A stretch of 61,880 nt of DNA, filler included, from Tortispora ganteri (Eukaryota): assembly GCA_003707115.1 (NCBI GenBank). It is 3 parts of 3 records of this genome, joined end to end, with 100 filler letters (N's around TTAATTAATTAA, not from the genome) between each part and the next. Parts side by side here need not be neighbours in the genome. Positions count along the whole stretch, not along the records: positions 1 to 23,144 come from PPNB01000044.1; 2 more parts are not named here. One strand, given 5' to 3'. Below are positions 1 through 11,863 of this stretch, piece after piece. The notes beneath the pieces were generated by a model. That model saw nothing but the letters and a program-made list of their open reading frames with translations. It was not told the origin of the DNA and searched no databases. Made by a program: the position numbers and the translations under genes. Within the stretch, counting starts at the first letter, position 1, and every line of letters begins with the position of its first letter.

Positions 1-125
1 CACCCAACACACGGCTGAATTACTAGCATGCCAACCCCCCTCCCCCACGCCCCGCACTATGTAATTTAGCCGGTAAAATCTATAAATATCATATCGATAT
101 AATTTTCCTCCATTCAAGGACCGAA

Positions 126-1118
126 ATGAATAAACCTGTAGCACTTCTGTTAGGTACTTTAGACCACGCCAAATTTAAATGGGACGAATTGGCATCTATA
201 GCCGAATTAAAGGAGCTAAATTCTGGTTCTCGCGAACAGTTTATTGCAGATCTCGACGCTGGTGTCTATAACGACGTTGTAGCAATTTTGCATACTTATC
301 CTTCACAAAATTTCACTGGAATTTTTGACAAAGAGCTAATAAGTCATTTCCCATCTTCTCTCAAATTCATTGCCCATCATGGCGCAGGTTACGACCAGAT
401 CGACGTTGAAGCATGTACGGCTAAAAACATTCTCGTCTCGAATACTCCTACCGCTGTCGACAATGCAACTGCTAACGTCGCATTACAACTTATGCTCGGT
501 GCTTTGCGTCGCGCTTATATACCTGAAACCGAATTACGCGCAGGTAAGTTCCGTGGAGCCACTCCTCTCGGTCACGACCCTGAGGGAAAGACAATCGGAA
601 TCCTTGGAATGGGTGGCATTGGTGAAGCGTTTGCTAAACGATGTTCCTGCTTCGACAACGTGAAAATTATTTATCACAACAGAAACAGAAAACCAGAGTC
701 TGAAAAAAGAATTGGTGCTAAATATGTTTCTTTGGATGAGCTTCTAGCTGAATCAGATATTATTTCAGTGCATCTTCCTTTGAACAACAAAACTAGACAT
801 TTCCTAGGACCTGCCGAATTCGCTAAAATGAAAGACGGCGCTGTAATAGTGAATACTGCCAGAGGCGCAGTCATTGACGAGTCAGCTATGTTTGACGCTT
901 TAAACTCTGGTAAGTTGTTCAGCGTTGGCTTAGACGTATTCGAAAAGGAACCTGTCATCCATTCAGAATTGATTAAGCATCCCAATGCATATTTGCTTCC
1001 TCATATAGGCACAGCTACCTATGAGACCCAATACAGCATGGATGCATTAGTTGTATCGAATATCGAGTCAGCGTTGAAGAACGGCAAGCTTCTTACCGTT
1101 GTCCCGGAACAGAAGTAG
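126..1118 (+). CDS. GOR1: D-isomer-specific 2-hydroxyacid dehydrogenase (glyoxylate reductase-like)
   Basis: GAGYDQID, GILGMGGIG Rossmann motif, VNTARG, LDVFEKEP and PHIG catalytic motifs. Confidence 0.85.
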   Translation: MNKPVALLLGTLDHAKFKWDELASIAELKELNSGSREQFIADLDAGVYNDVVAILHTYPSQNFTGIFDKELISHFPSSLKFIAHHGAGYDQIDVEACTAKNILVSNTPTAVDNATANVALQLMLGALRRAYIPETELRAGKFRGATPLGHDPEGKTIGILGMGGIGEAFAKRCSCFDNVKIIYHNRNRKPESEKRIGAKYVSLDELLAESDIISVHLPLNNKTRHFLGPAEFAKMKDGAVIVNTARGAVIDESAMFDALNSGKLFSVGLDVFEKEPVIHSELIKHPNAYLLPHIGTATYETQYSMDALVVSNIESALKNGKLLTVVPEQK

Positions 1119-1295
1119 AAACCAGTCTTAATTTTATTGAGGTCCTTTAACCCCATCAAAATAATGAAATAGCTTTGCACAGCCTATAAGAGATGGGCGC
1201 ACACATTAAATGGGTATATTCCCTGCCTACCGTATGAACTAGACCCTTGAAAGTACATATCTAGCCACCAGCACGCAGCAAACCGGACTATTACA

Positions 1296-2486
1296 ATGAC
1301 CTCGGAACAGAACGAGAGAAAATCTGGCTGGAGAATACCGTTAATTCCAAAAATTGTAATAAGTAGTTCAGCAAAGAATCGGAATGGTACCAAGAATAGG
1401 AGAAGTAGCGCACCTGATGCCCTGCAGGCGGCAAGGAGGAGTAGCATGAGCACTACCGGATCAGCACATTCCGGGGTAGGATTCATACTGAAATACGGCA
1501 TGAGGCGTTTTATTAATCCCAGCATAGCCAGAACGTACTATTTGCCGTGTGATCCGCTTGAAACACTGCGACAGAGACAGAAGTTTCAGTTTTATGAAGA
1601 ATTGCTTGAAGGCGATATATACTTTCATCAGCATAAAGATAGGGTATTAGATTTAGGCTGCGGCACTGGAACATGGATTAGAGAACAGCATAAACGGTAC
1701 ATGAGTGCAGGAGATACTTTCGAGACAGAATATGTTGGTATAGATCTGCTGAACTTGACCGTGGGGCTTGACATGCCACCTCAGTGGAAGTTTGTGGAAA
1801 CAAATCTCAGCACTAACAGGTATTTGCCATTTACGGACCAATACTTTGACGGGATTCACATTCAGGATATGAGTAGTGTGTTTGAGTACTCACAGCGCAG
1901 CGGAATGAAGACGTTATGGCAAGAGCTACATAGAGTCTTAAACACAGGCGGCGAAATCATTATATGTGAGGCAAATCTTACGATATTTGAAGCCGTAACG
2001 GACAGCCTACAAACTCGTGTGTGCAATTACAAGATACCCAAGAATAGTCATTTGCAATGGTTTAACCAATGTGTTGAGGAGCTCCACAGTCGGTTCGACT
2101 TGTGCCTGTATCCCGCTACTCAAATACACGGGAACACGCAACACAATGTAAACGAGAAAATGCGTCGAGTACGGTGCAAGCGGGTATTTGCTGGGTTCAA
2201 TTCCAACACGTATAGAGCTGCGAGCGAGTATTATGGAGGAAATGAAAGAGATATACCATCAGGGATTAGATGGTCTTCGCCGGACGTGATTTGGTTCAGT
2301 GACGGATCTAAATTGTTATACGACAGCGCCGTGAAGGTGTACATGGATCAATTGCAGGCTATGAAACATGCGATCTGTGTGACGCAGAATATCGCGTTTC
2401 CGCTCTATGAAAAACGCCGGTTAGAGATAGAAAACGCGAACGGTGGGTTCGAAATCGTTTGTGTTACATTGAAAAAAGAAAGATAA
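1296..2486 (+). CDS. class I SAM-dependent methyltransferase, LaeA/Llm-like
   Basis: RVLDLGCGTGTW SAM motif I, LPFTDQYFD, ELHRVLNTGG; upstream YYLPCDPLE resembles the LaeA-family YxLPCDxxE. Confidence 0.7.
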   Translation: MTSEQNERKSGWRIPLIPKIVISSSAKNRNGTKNRRSSAPDALQAARRSSMSTTGSAHSGVGFILKYGMRRFINPSIARTYYLPCDPLETLRQRQKFQFYEELLEGDIYFHQHKDRVLDLGCGTGTWIREQHKRYMSAGDTFETEYVGIDLLNLTVGLDMPPQWKFVETNLSTNRYLPFTDQYFDGIHIQDMSSVFEYSQRSGMKTLWQELHRVLNTGGEIIICEANLTIFEAVTDSLQTRVCNYKIPKNSHLQWFNQCVEELHSRFDLCLYPATQIHGNTQHNVNEKMRRVRCKRVFAGFNSNTYRAASEYYGGNERDIPSGIRWSSPDVIWFSDGSKLLYDSAVKVYMDQLQAMKHAICVTQNIAFPLYEKRRLEIENANGGFEIVCVTLKKER

Positions 2487-3180
2487 CAATAGCAGAATTA
2501 CGTAATCTTACAATATCGATAAATGACAATTATTATATCTAGATGCTGTGTATATATATTGCGTTATTGGTCTGATCAAAACGCAATCGTGTACGTTGTA
2601 CCTGATTGCTATAGCAACTAAAAGGTTGAAAAGATAACGCTTACGCGGCGTGCTTAGCCTGATCTTGACTTCAGACTAAGTCTGTTAACGAGTAAAGCGC
2701 CTGCAAACAGAGTGTTTTTAACCTGATAATAATACACAGATATTCTTTCTGTATTTTATTAATCTTTTTACTTGTTTATCTGAAGTGGTAATTGGACATT
2801 TTAAGTCCCTTCTGCGAGTACATTTGATCCTATAGGTTTTGTTTCAGTCCGCATACTTGACCGGGCTTCTAATTCCCCATACCCTTGTGTCCACGAATCA
2901 AGCTCAGCAAAGCCAAGCCTCCCTTAACTCGGAGACAAGCGACTATACCTAATTTAAATTCCGAGCGCGATCTGAATTTTCTTGGTACCTTTGAGATCTT
3001 TCTCGCTAACTCGAACGAATTGCAGATTTCCGCATTCATTTCGGATTGAGTCTTTTTCTGACACTGTTACCTGTCGTTTCCAATAGCATCAATCTCTTTA
3101 TTCTCTTCGACCGACGCGTTTAGTTTAACCGATTACAGCTCCGACTCTCTCTGTTTTTCCCCCACCCCTAGTCTGCAATC

Positions 3181-4137
3181 ATGAGAATGCGAAAAGACCT
3201 CGTCATTTTCGGTTTTTTATTGGTATCTCTTGTAGGATTTTTGTTTTCGCAGGTGTTCACGTTGTTCACGCTGCTATTTGATGAAGGTAGCGGTGACTAT
3301 GTTCTCGTGAAAGAACTCGAAAACGAAGACGCAATTATACGTGTGCCTAAAATTATACACCAGACATACATTAATGAGAGCATACCAGATGAATGGAAAC
3401 AGGCGCAGACGTCTGTACTGAATCAAAACCAGGAATACAAGTACATGTTCTGGACGGACGAATCATCGCGTATATTTATTGCGGAGAAGTTTCCTTGGTT
3501 TTTGGAAACGTTTGATTCTTATCCGTTTCCTATTATGCGTGCCGACGCGATAAGGTACTTTATACTTTATTATTACGGCGGAGTATACCTGGACTTAGAT
3601 ATTGGTTGTCGAAGACCTTTAGATCCGCTTCTTCAGTTTCCTGCCCTTGTGAGACGTACAGAGCCCACAGGCATTTCAAACAACATCATGTTAGCCGAAC
3701 CGCACCATCCATTCTTCAAGAAAGTGATCGATTCTCTGACAAAGTACAATCGAAACTGGGGTATGCCCTATATTACTGTGATGTACTCTACTGGTCCGCT
3801 GTTTCTGTCGGTTATGTGGAAGGAGTACAAGCGTACTATGTTTAACAAGCCGGAATACTTACCGCTCAGACTGCTGACATCTAATGAATATTCTGACGCA
3901 TCAGACTCGTTTTTCGACTATTATATAGGTTCATCGTGGCATAGAGAAGATGCTAAGACTATTATGTGGATGAACGATCATTGGATTCTTGTGACTATAG
4001 TTGGATTTCTTGTGGGATTCAGTATTATTGGTGTTGTGTATACTATGTACCGATATTGCGGTCGGCTTGCGGACATGCGTCGACGCAAACACCGACATTA
4101 TCGCAAAGTCGATGACTATGAGTTAGATGATGTTTAA
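3181..4137 (+). CDS. SUR1: mannosylinositol phosphorylceramide synthase catalytic subunit (GT32, SUR1/CSH1 family)
   Basis: PKIIHQTY, RADAIRYFILYYYGGVYLDLD (DxD), PYITVMYSTGPLFLS; N- and C-terminal TM segments. Confidence 0.9.
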   Translation: MRMRKDLVIFGFLLVSLVGFLFSQVFTLFTLLFDEGSGDYVLVKELENEDAIIRVPKIIHQTYINESIPDEWKQAQTSVLNQNQEYKYMFWTDESSRIFIAEKFPWFLETFDSYPFPIMRADAIRYFILYYYGGVYLDLDIGCRRPLDPLLQFPALVRRTEPTGISNNIMLAEPHHPFFKKVIDSLTKYNRNWGMPYITVMYSTGPLFLSVMWKEYKRTMFNKPEYLPLRLLTSNEYSDASDSFFDYYIGSSWHREDAKTIMWMNDHWILVTIVGFLVGFSIIGVVYTMYRYCGRLADMRRRKHRHYRKVDDYELDDV

Positions 4138-4264
4138 AGTAGGACCTAACGGGCGAAAGAATGGGCATTTATATAATATGCAAATAGCATCAGATAACAA
4201 TCACGTATATTATAATTAGGCGATATTACCACGCGTACTTACTTCCCAAGCGACAATTAAGGCC

Positions 4265-4570
4265 ATGGATGACACCAATTTTGATCCTAATCGCCTACAA
4301 AGACTCACGGAATCGCTGGCAGATATGTCACTTAAATTTCCATCTAACGATAGCAAATCTGTTGATGTTGATGATATTCTAAAAGAGGCAGCGCTAGCGA
4401 AAGACCTCAACAACGTTGTTCGATCACTGATTGATGCATTGAAGAAATCAGATGATAATCTTGACATTCTACTACAGAATTTGAATGATTCCGACAAATT
4501 ACTTAATAAATATGCTATTATTCTTTCGGAAACGTATCATATTGGTGAGAAAATGAATGATCAAACCTGA
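4265..4570 (+). CDS. DUO1: DASH complex subunit Duo1-like
   Basis: coiled coil ending LLNKYAIILSETYH resembles the Duo1 core (LLxxWxxILSQTEH). Confidence 0.6.
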   Translation: MDDTNFDPNRLQRLTESLADMSLKFPSNDSKSVDVDDILKEAALAKDLNNVVRSLIDALKKSDDNLDILLQNLNDSDKLLNKYAIILSETYHIGEKMNDQT

Positions 4571-4825
4571 AGTGAATAATGACAGTTACGACCTTAACGC
4601 GTGATGACCGGGCTATCCGCCCCCCTTACACCCACAGCCGCAACATTTTTTCATCTAGTCACGTGTAAATTGTATTAGATTATAACTATTTAAATAATTC
4701 TACGTATTCTAGAATACTGTAGCGATAAAACCCTTATAATATCTTTCCGCTACCCTGCTGATGCGCCTCTCTCTCCACCTTTTCATTCCTGGCCACCCCA
4801 CCTCCCACCTGCACTTTACGACACC

Positions 4826-5583
<758 letters not shown>

Positions 5584-5654
5584 AAATCTTAAACTTCGTT
5601 TAAAACAATATATTACACTAGAACCACTATACAAAAAACACGTCCACCATGGCA

Positions 5655-6290
5655 TCACATTTCGTCCGAATGCCTCGCGGAAAAGAACATCGTTCCTCCA
5701 CCTTTTGAGTCCTGTTTCTTCCTCCAAGCTCTTCGCAGAAGTATACCGTTCTCGTACTTTGATCGCTCTAGCTCGGCAACTTTGTCCTTGCATTTGTTCA
5801 GCTCTTCCCGGATCTTGTCAAGAGCCTTTTCGTCGTGCGTGCAAGGGAAAGGTGGCAATAACCGCTCTAGTACGTCTATTTTGCGTCGATACACCTCAAG
5901 ATCTTTTTCGGTTTTACTTATCTTGTCTTCAAGCGCGTCCAAGTGTGCGCTCGATTCACTGCGTGGAATTCGTGCCATAGACACTCCCATGAGATTTGAC
6001 GGTATGAAATCTGACTGCACAGAGTTCCGGATAGTTCGCGTCGAGCTTGCAGGGGTCGCTTTCATATTGACCGCATTGTATTCGCTTTTCGTTTCAGTTG
6101 AGTATTTGGACCCTGTTCGCTCTATATTTCTCTCTCTTAGTACAGATTCGGCTTTTGTGAGCCCTGAATTGACAGTTTTCGTCGACCGACTCGCGATAAT
6201 ACTTTCAGTGTACTCACGATTCAAACCATATATTGACGCGCTCGATGGCAATGATGAAAGAAGCGAATCGTGTGAATGGTCGCGATTCAT
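5655..6290 (-). CDS. hypothetical protein with C-terminal coiled coil (possibly Bil1-like)
   Basis: 211-aa ATG ORF filling the gap; Ser-rich N-terminus, heptad-rich C-terminal half. Confidence 0.6.
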   Translation of the reverse strand: MNRDHSHDSLLSSLPSSASIYGLNREYTESIIASRSTKTVNSGLTKAESVLRERNIERTGSKYSTETKSEYNAVNMKATPASSTRTIRNSVQSDFIPSNLMGVSMARIPRSESSAHLDALEDKISKTEKDLEVYRRKIDVLERLLPPFPCTHDEKALDKIREELNKCKDKVAELERSKYENGILLRRAWRKKQDSKGGGTMFFSARHSDEM

Positions 6291-6627
6291 ATTTCTTACA
6301 GCTTAGTAAATTTGTCAGTTTACGCGAAGTTTGCCACAAAGTAAGAAGATTAAGGGAGAAGAACCCCCCCTTAATTAATGAAAAGCGCGTTTATTATTTC
6401 TGGCTTGGTAACGTGCACAGTTTGGCGTATGACATATCCCAATAGAGTATGAGCGGCTCATTTAGGCTTTAGAACAGAACAGTGCAAAACTTACCACAAC
6501 ACACATATTTAGGGTTTTGCCATTTAAGAACGTCATATCTATATTTCAACGTAAATATATCTTAAAATACATTCTTTATAAGATCTCATAAGTAGCACAT
6601 ACTATCTAAAGTCAAAGAATATTCAAA

Positions 6628-6902
6628 GCCAGCCTCTCTTCATAAACCTTATTAAAGAATTTTGTCCAATTAAATGAGCTTAATGCATATAAGGTTCCAA
6701 TAATTGGGACACTAGGTATACCATTATTGGTCAATCTATCTGCCAGCCTTTTATTGAATCTTTAATAAGCATGCTATAGATTAAATATAAGTGCAAACCA
6801 ATAGTCTGATACCTTTTTGGTCAAGTCACAGTTTGACATATGTCTAAATATGTGCCAGCCAGCCGCCTCAAATCTCTAAGATCATTAGATAGCCAGCCAG
6901 CC
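6628..6902 (+). promoter_or_regulatory. cluster of six GCCAGCC motifs (Ace2/Swi5-type sites)
   Basis: GCCAGCC at 6628, 6742, 6854, 6858, 6892 and 6896, all on one strand upstream of a secreted Ser/Thr-rich gene. Confidence 0.6.
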
Positions 6903-7116
6903 CGATAGTTATGATATATATTACGTTTCGACCTTCAATATCTTCTTTACTTTCACATCACTACTGTATTATTGCTTAACCGTATACGAATCGTCTATCA
7001 ATACCAAATTTCTAACTATATACATTCTTTTATTTATTTAAATTATTCTTCAAGCCGCAAATCACTCGTTGTTTCTATCCTCAAAAGGCTCCCTACATTA
7101 CACTCGCTTACAAATT

Positions 7117-7917
7117 ATGGTGAACATCTACAAAGTAGCTATTGCTTTGTCAATGGTGGCAGTAACCGCTTCTCCACTGGATCTACTCAAAAGATCAGAC
7201 CTTCCTGTAATCTCTGAAGGATGCTATGTCGTCGAATATAAGGTACCTGTCATTTATCCGGCAGAATGTGTCGATTGCAAGCCCGCTAGCGCTGACGTCT
7301 CAAAATCAGCACTTCAAGATTACACAACTGTCCCTGTAATCGCACCTGTGACAAAAGTCGTGACGTTACTAGAATCAAAGGCTACTATGGTTCATTCTCC
7401 TGTGGTCACTGTGAAAACTAAGGCTGTAGAAGCCATCATAAAAACGACCACCACAAAGACGGCCGCGACCACCACAAAGAAGGCCGTGACCACCACAAAG
7501 AAGGCCTCAACCACTACTGAGGATGTAAATCCAAACACAGATATCGAATCCGTCCCGGAATCCACTTCAACAACTACAGTGTACAATACAATCACAGTTG
7601 AATCGACATCCTATACGACACTCACCAAAACTGTGACTACCGCGACCAGCACAGCGGTCTTGCCGGCATTCCGCAATGAAACCGTTCTTGCTATCTTCCA
7701 ATCACCGCCAACGCCGGCATCTACACCTCTTTATACTGCTGCTGTAACCAATCCCGTCACCACCGCGTATACAGGCTATACCAACGACATCTCTGATGAA
7801 GAGTACGACTCACTCTACTCAACGTGTACCTGGTTCACGGAAGATCTCCTATCGCTTTCGGCCGGGTCGACCTCGACCACAACCATAACTAGCACCGTTA
7901 CTGCCTACGCGATTTGA
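7117..7917 (+). CDS. secreted Ser/Thr-rich cell-wall/surface protein
   Basis: ATG 7117 starts a signal peptide (MVNIYKVAIALSMVAVTASP), Kex2-like KR site, Thr-rich body with 21-bp repeats at about 7446-7508. Confidence 0.75.
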   Translation: MVNIYKVAIALSMVAVTASPLDLLKRSDLPVISEGCYVVEYKVPVIYPAECVDCKPASADVSKSALQDYTTVPVIAPVTKVVTLLESKATMVHSPVVTVKTKAVEAIIKTTTTKTAATTTKKAVTTTKKASTTTEDVNPNTDIESVPESTSTTTVYNTITVESTSYTTLTKTVTTATSTAVLPAFRNETVLAIFQSPPTPASTPLYTAAVTNPVTTAYTGYTNDISDEEYDSLYSTCTWFTEDLLSLSAGSTSTTTITSTVTAYAI

Positions 7918-8150
7918 TGCAAATACCTCTGAAGCCCTATCCCGTTATCTTATTTTTGTCTTTTTAGTGTCATTCGCTTATTTCCTTATTTACGTTTTTT
8001 TTTAAAAAAATACAAAACGCATTTGTTGCCCTGATGATCGTAACGTAATCGTTGAATTTGTTCCTTTCCTCTTCCCCCACCTAAACCTTAATTCATAAAG
8101 CCTCCTTTTCGACTACTGTATCACATTCAGGCCTCCTTACACGTTTTCGC

Positions 8151-10673
8151 ATGGCCGAATACGACGAAACTCCGCCACCTTATGACCCAAATGATGAGGA
8201 TCAGTACTTAATCGGCGAAAATGATGATATAGCCGAACTTCATGCTGAAATGGAACAGTTTCAGATCGAAGATCCCGTCCAACAGTCATCATTCAATTTT
8301 ACGGCAATGCTAAACAAAACCCGCCAGTTCACCGCTTCTTTAAACTTCGTCAGACCCGTGACTCAGTGGCTCAAATCTTTCGAAATACTCATAGACCATT
8401 ATTTGTCTCATATCGGTAACCCTATTCTTATTAAAAGGCTCATCTTCATATTCACTGCATCTCTTATAGTCTTTCTCGGCTTCAATTCTGGCATATTGCC
8501 CCTCCCCACAGGGCCTAATGGTTCACTCTATTCGCCAAGGTTTTACGAGTTCAGCGTTCTCAGCGATTATGTACGCTCGCAAATAAATTCTGACGGTCTC
8601 CTTGAAAGACTAGAGTACCTGACATCTATGCCACACATCGCTGGTACAGAAGGTGACCTTGCGCTTTCAGAGTTCATACACGAGGAAATGAAGAACTGGA
8701 ACATGCCTGTCACTTCATACAAATCAACAAATATCGATATAAACTACCCTATAGACGGATCAGCGGTGCTTCTACACGCACCTGACGACACTATCATATA
8801 TTCTGCCCCGCTCCTTGAACTCGGCGTCGACCAGAACGCTCATGCATTTCATGGCTACTCCGCTGCAGGAAACGTTTCTGGGCCCCTAGTGTATGCAAAC
8901 TACGGCTCTCTCGATGACTTCAAGTATCTCGAAGAAATGGGCATCACTGTTGATCATTGCGTGGTACTCGTCCGCTACGGCGGCCTCACTGCGGGCAGGA
9001 AAATGGCTCTTGCGCAGATGCACGGGGCAGTCGCGGTCCTAATGTTCCCTGACTCATCTGGTTCCGTTTTTGACATTCCAGAAGACGCTATATTACGTGC
9101 AGGTATTGACCTTCCGTACCCGGGCGCGCCTAACAATCCACGATTTCCTCGTCAGGACGTCGTAACTATACCCAGTCTCCCTATATCTTTGGCAGACGCA
9201 AAGGCGCTTCTCGAGCCGCTTAAGGGCAGCGGATTTGAAGTCCCGGAGAATTGGAAAGCAGTGCTCCCGGATATCTCCTCATGGTACTCCGGCTCTAAGG
9301 ACTCAGGCTACATAGTGGAGGTTAGCAACCAGGTCGCTCAGCGAAAGAATCACAAGGTATGGAATATACTTGCTGCCATTCCCGGTATTGAACAGCAGTC
9401 TAGGACTATAATTATTGGCGCTCCACGTGATAGCTGGTGTGAAGGTGGGTCAAGTAATATGGCCTCTACTGTCGTTCTTCTTGAACTGATGCGCGTCCTT
9501 TCGGCATTGTCCATAGAAATGAACTGGCGGCCTTTACGAAGTATTCATTTTATTTCATGGGATGCACAAGCATACAATTTGGCTGGACCAATGGCATTTC
9601 TCGACGAGCATCTCAGAGAACTGTTTGAAGACGCTTACACTTATATTGACCTCACACACTTGATATCGGGCGACACCCTGCAGGCACGGGGGCACCCTGC
9701 ATTTGAAAATCTACTGAAAGAGGTGCTCGATATGGTTATGGATCGCTCGTCTGCGCCTGATAGCATGCTGAGGAACCTAGCCAGACGCAGAGAAACCGAC
9801 CAATACTTGCCGCCAGACCCAGATATAGGATGTGCGAAGGTATTTCAGTCGTTTGCAGGCATCCCGTCAATCAACTTGGCGTACACTTCGAATTTACCAA
9901 ATTCTGTGAAACCTTACAATCAGTTTCCAGAAGGATCCTGCTATGACAACATGGACCTTCTGACCAGAGTGAAAGACCCCCCAAGTCGTCTTGCTTTATC
10001 GAACAACCAAATTCAGACATTTACGCTGCCCAAACTTACTTCGCTGATTGAGGCCATTGCATTATTAGCGTTACGGTTAAGCAACGACGCGGTATACCCG
10101 TACGACCCTATCGAGTTTGGAACATCTATTACTAAATTTGCACGGGCACTTGGCAGGTATGCAGACAGCGTGCTGCCTGAACAAGACAGACACCTCTTCT
10201 CTATCGATCCATTACTCGAAGCCAGCACAGAATTTGTCAGTCGATCCAGCCATTTCAAGAGGTGGAAAATGACGCTTACGCGCGAGCTGTCAGTGAACAA
10301 CGGCCTCGAGACGCCAATATGGACCGTGCAGCGATGGACATGGAACGGACATCTGACAAAGATAGACCCACATCTTCTAGACGGCGCCCCATACGTTCCC
10401 GGGAAACAGATACCCGATGAGTTCAAAAAACTGCTAGTGAGTGATGAGCAACTGCAGCAACTGCACGGTTTCTACGGCACGGGCAACGAACGATTGCAAT
10501 TTTTCCGACACGTATTGTTTGGTCCGCAGGAATGGCCTTCCGTTGAACCTGACATTTCGGACGGCACGTTTCCGGCCATAAAGGATGCGTTGCGGCTCGG
10601 TGCTGCGGATATAGCTATGGCTCGTGTAATTCGTGCTGCTAAAGTGATCAATGATGCCGCCCAGCGGTTTTAG
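8151..10673 (+). CDS. TRE2: transferrin-receptor-like M28/PA-domain protein (Tre1/Tre2 family)
   Basis: N-terminal PPPY motif, single TM, PHIAGT, GPLVYANYG, WRPLRSIHFISWD, HVLFGP. Confidence 0.8.
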   Translation: MAEYDETPPPYDPNDEDQYLIGENDDIAELHAEMEQFQIEDPVQQSSFNFTAMLNKTRQFTASLNFVRPVTQWLKSFEILIDHYLSHIGNPILIKRLIFIFTASLIVFLGFNSGILPLPTGPNGSLYSPRFYEFSVLSDYVRSQINSDGLLERLEYLTSMPHIAGTEGDLALSEFIHEEMKNWNMPVTSYKSTNIDINYPIDGSAVLLHAPDDTIIYSAPLLELGVDQNAHAFHGYSAAGNVSGPLVYANYGSLDDFKYLEEMGITVDHCVVLVRYGGLTAGRKMALAQMHGAVAVLMFPDSSGSVFDIPEDAILRAGIDLPYPGAPNNPRFPRQDVVTIPSLPISLADAKALLEPLKGSGFEVPENWKAVLPDISSWYSGSKDSGYIVEVSNQVAQRKNHKVWNILAAIPGIEQQSRTIIIGAPRDSWCEGGSSNMASTVVLLELMRVLSALSIEMNWRPLRSIHFISWDAQAYNLAGPMAFLDEHLRELFEDAYTYIDLTHLISGDTLQARGHPAFENLLKEVLDMVMDRSSAPDSMLRNLARRRETDQYLPPDPDIGCAKVFQSFAGIPSINLAYTSNLPNSVKPYNQFPEGSCYDNMDLLTRVKDPPSRLALSNNQIQTFTLPKLTSLIEAIALLALRLSNDAVYPYDPIEFGTSITKFARALGRYADSVLPEQDRHLFSIDPLLEASTEFVSRSSHFKRWKMTLTRELSVNNGLETPIWTVQRWTWNGHLTKIDPHLLDGAPYVPGKQIPDEFKKLLVSDEQLQQLHGFYGTGNERLQFFRHVLFGPQEWPSVEPDISDGTFPAIKDALRLGAADIAMARVIRAAKVINDAAQRF

Positions 10674-10844
10674 ACATTTATGCTGCTGTTCGCTGCTTTT
10701 CTGCACCGTCCAGCATGTTCAACATGCGGCTTAAAGTATGGGGTACAAGGATATTGGGACTGCGACCCAAACTCGGAAAGAGACTCGCATTCCCTCTGTA
10801 TCTCGCGGAAACGTCGCAACACAATCCGTAGAGTACTTTAAACT

Positions 10845-11303
10845 ATGCCGTCGCTGATTTTGCTGCTTTTTGGCGGCTTGATGCTGTATATTGTGCTGAG
10901 AAACCTGTTCTCTGATAGCCGCATAAAGGCGATTCCACCGCGGAACGCTGATGCACTGAAATCGACGATTGTATTCGAAGACTACACGCCGCGAACGTTG
11001 GTAAAGTTCAACGGCAAAGACCACCCAAAAATACTAATGGCGGTTAACCGAAAGGTTTACGATGTGTCGAAGGGCGCGAACTTCTATGGTCCGGGCGGTC
11101 CATATCACAATTTCGCTGGGCGCGATGCATCGCGGGGACTTGCATACAACAGTTTCGATATCGAAGTGCTTACCGATATCGATCAACCAATCGATCCGCT
11201 ACACGATCTCTCTCCAGCAGAGCGAGATAGTCTCGAGCAATGGGAATCGCGGTTGGCCGCAAAGTATACTCTATGCGGCCGACTAGTCGAACATGAACCT
11301 TGA
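10845..11303 (+). CDS. DAP1: heme/steroid-binding MAPR protein (cytochrome b5-like)
   Basis: N-terminal TM; VYDVSKGANFYGPGGPYHNFAGRDASRGLA. Confidence 0.9.
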   Translation: MPSLILLLFGGLMLYIVLRNLFSDSRIKAIPPRNADALKSTIVFEDYTPRTLVKFNGKDHPKILMAVNRKVYDVSKGANFYGPGGPYHNFAGRDASRGLAYNSFDIEVLTDIDQPIDPLHDLSPAERDSLEQWESRLAAKYTLCGRLVEHEP

Positions 11304-11863
11304 CCCAAAAAGCACCACCACTCTGCAATAACTGCCCGCTATGAATCACGTAACAACAACACTAATAATAATTTCTGCCAAAACAAGTAACATATACTTA
11401 ATTAACCCTTTACCCAGGTAAATAATTGGCTCTTTTGCGTAAGTTTGTGAGCACAGTTATACGCTTGCCAAGGGGACCCTTTCTATTATATGGCTTATTT
11501 TTGACCAATCAAAAGCCTCAAGGGTTAACCAATTAAGCTTATACCTTCCTTTTGTTTGCATCTACAGCTTAACTCTTTGAGGATTCCTATCAACTGACAG
11601 CTGTATATTCCCTCGTTCTCCTTCTACACCTTAGATAGGCCGGAGATTCTTTTCCTCTGTTGTCCAATACGTTCGCTATCACTTCATTTCCATCACTAGT
11701 ATTTGACCCCCTTGGTCTGCCGCATAATATCGGCTCATACAACCATTAAGGGTGAGCCTCCCAACCCATCCTACTTCTTCCTAATAAGGCGGCTCTTTTC
11801 CATTCTCATTTTCTATAGCATTCTTCTCAAATACTGCAGTAATTGCCGTATATTTGCATACCT

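Noticed and set aside
4601..4607. GTGATGA box-C-like motif
   Set aside because: No D box or guide at a suitable distance.
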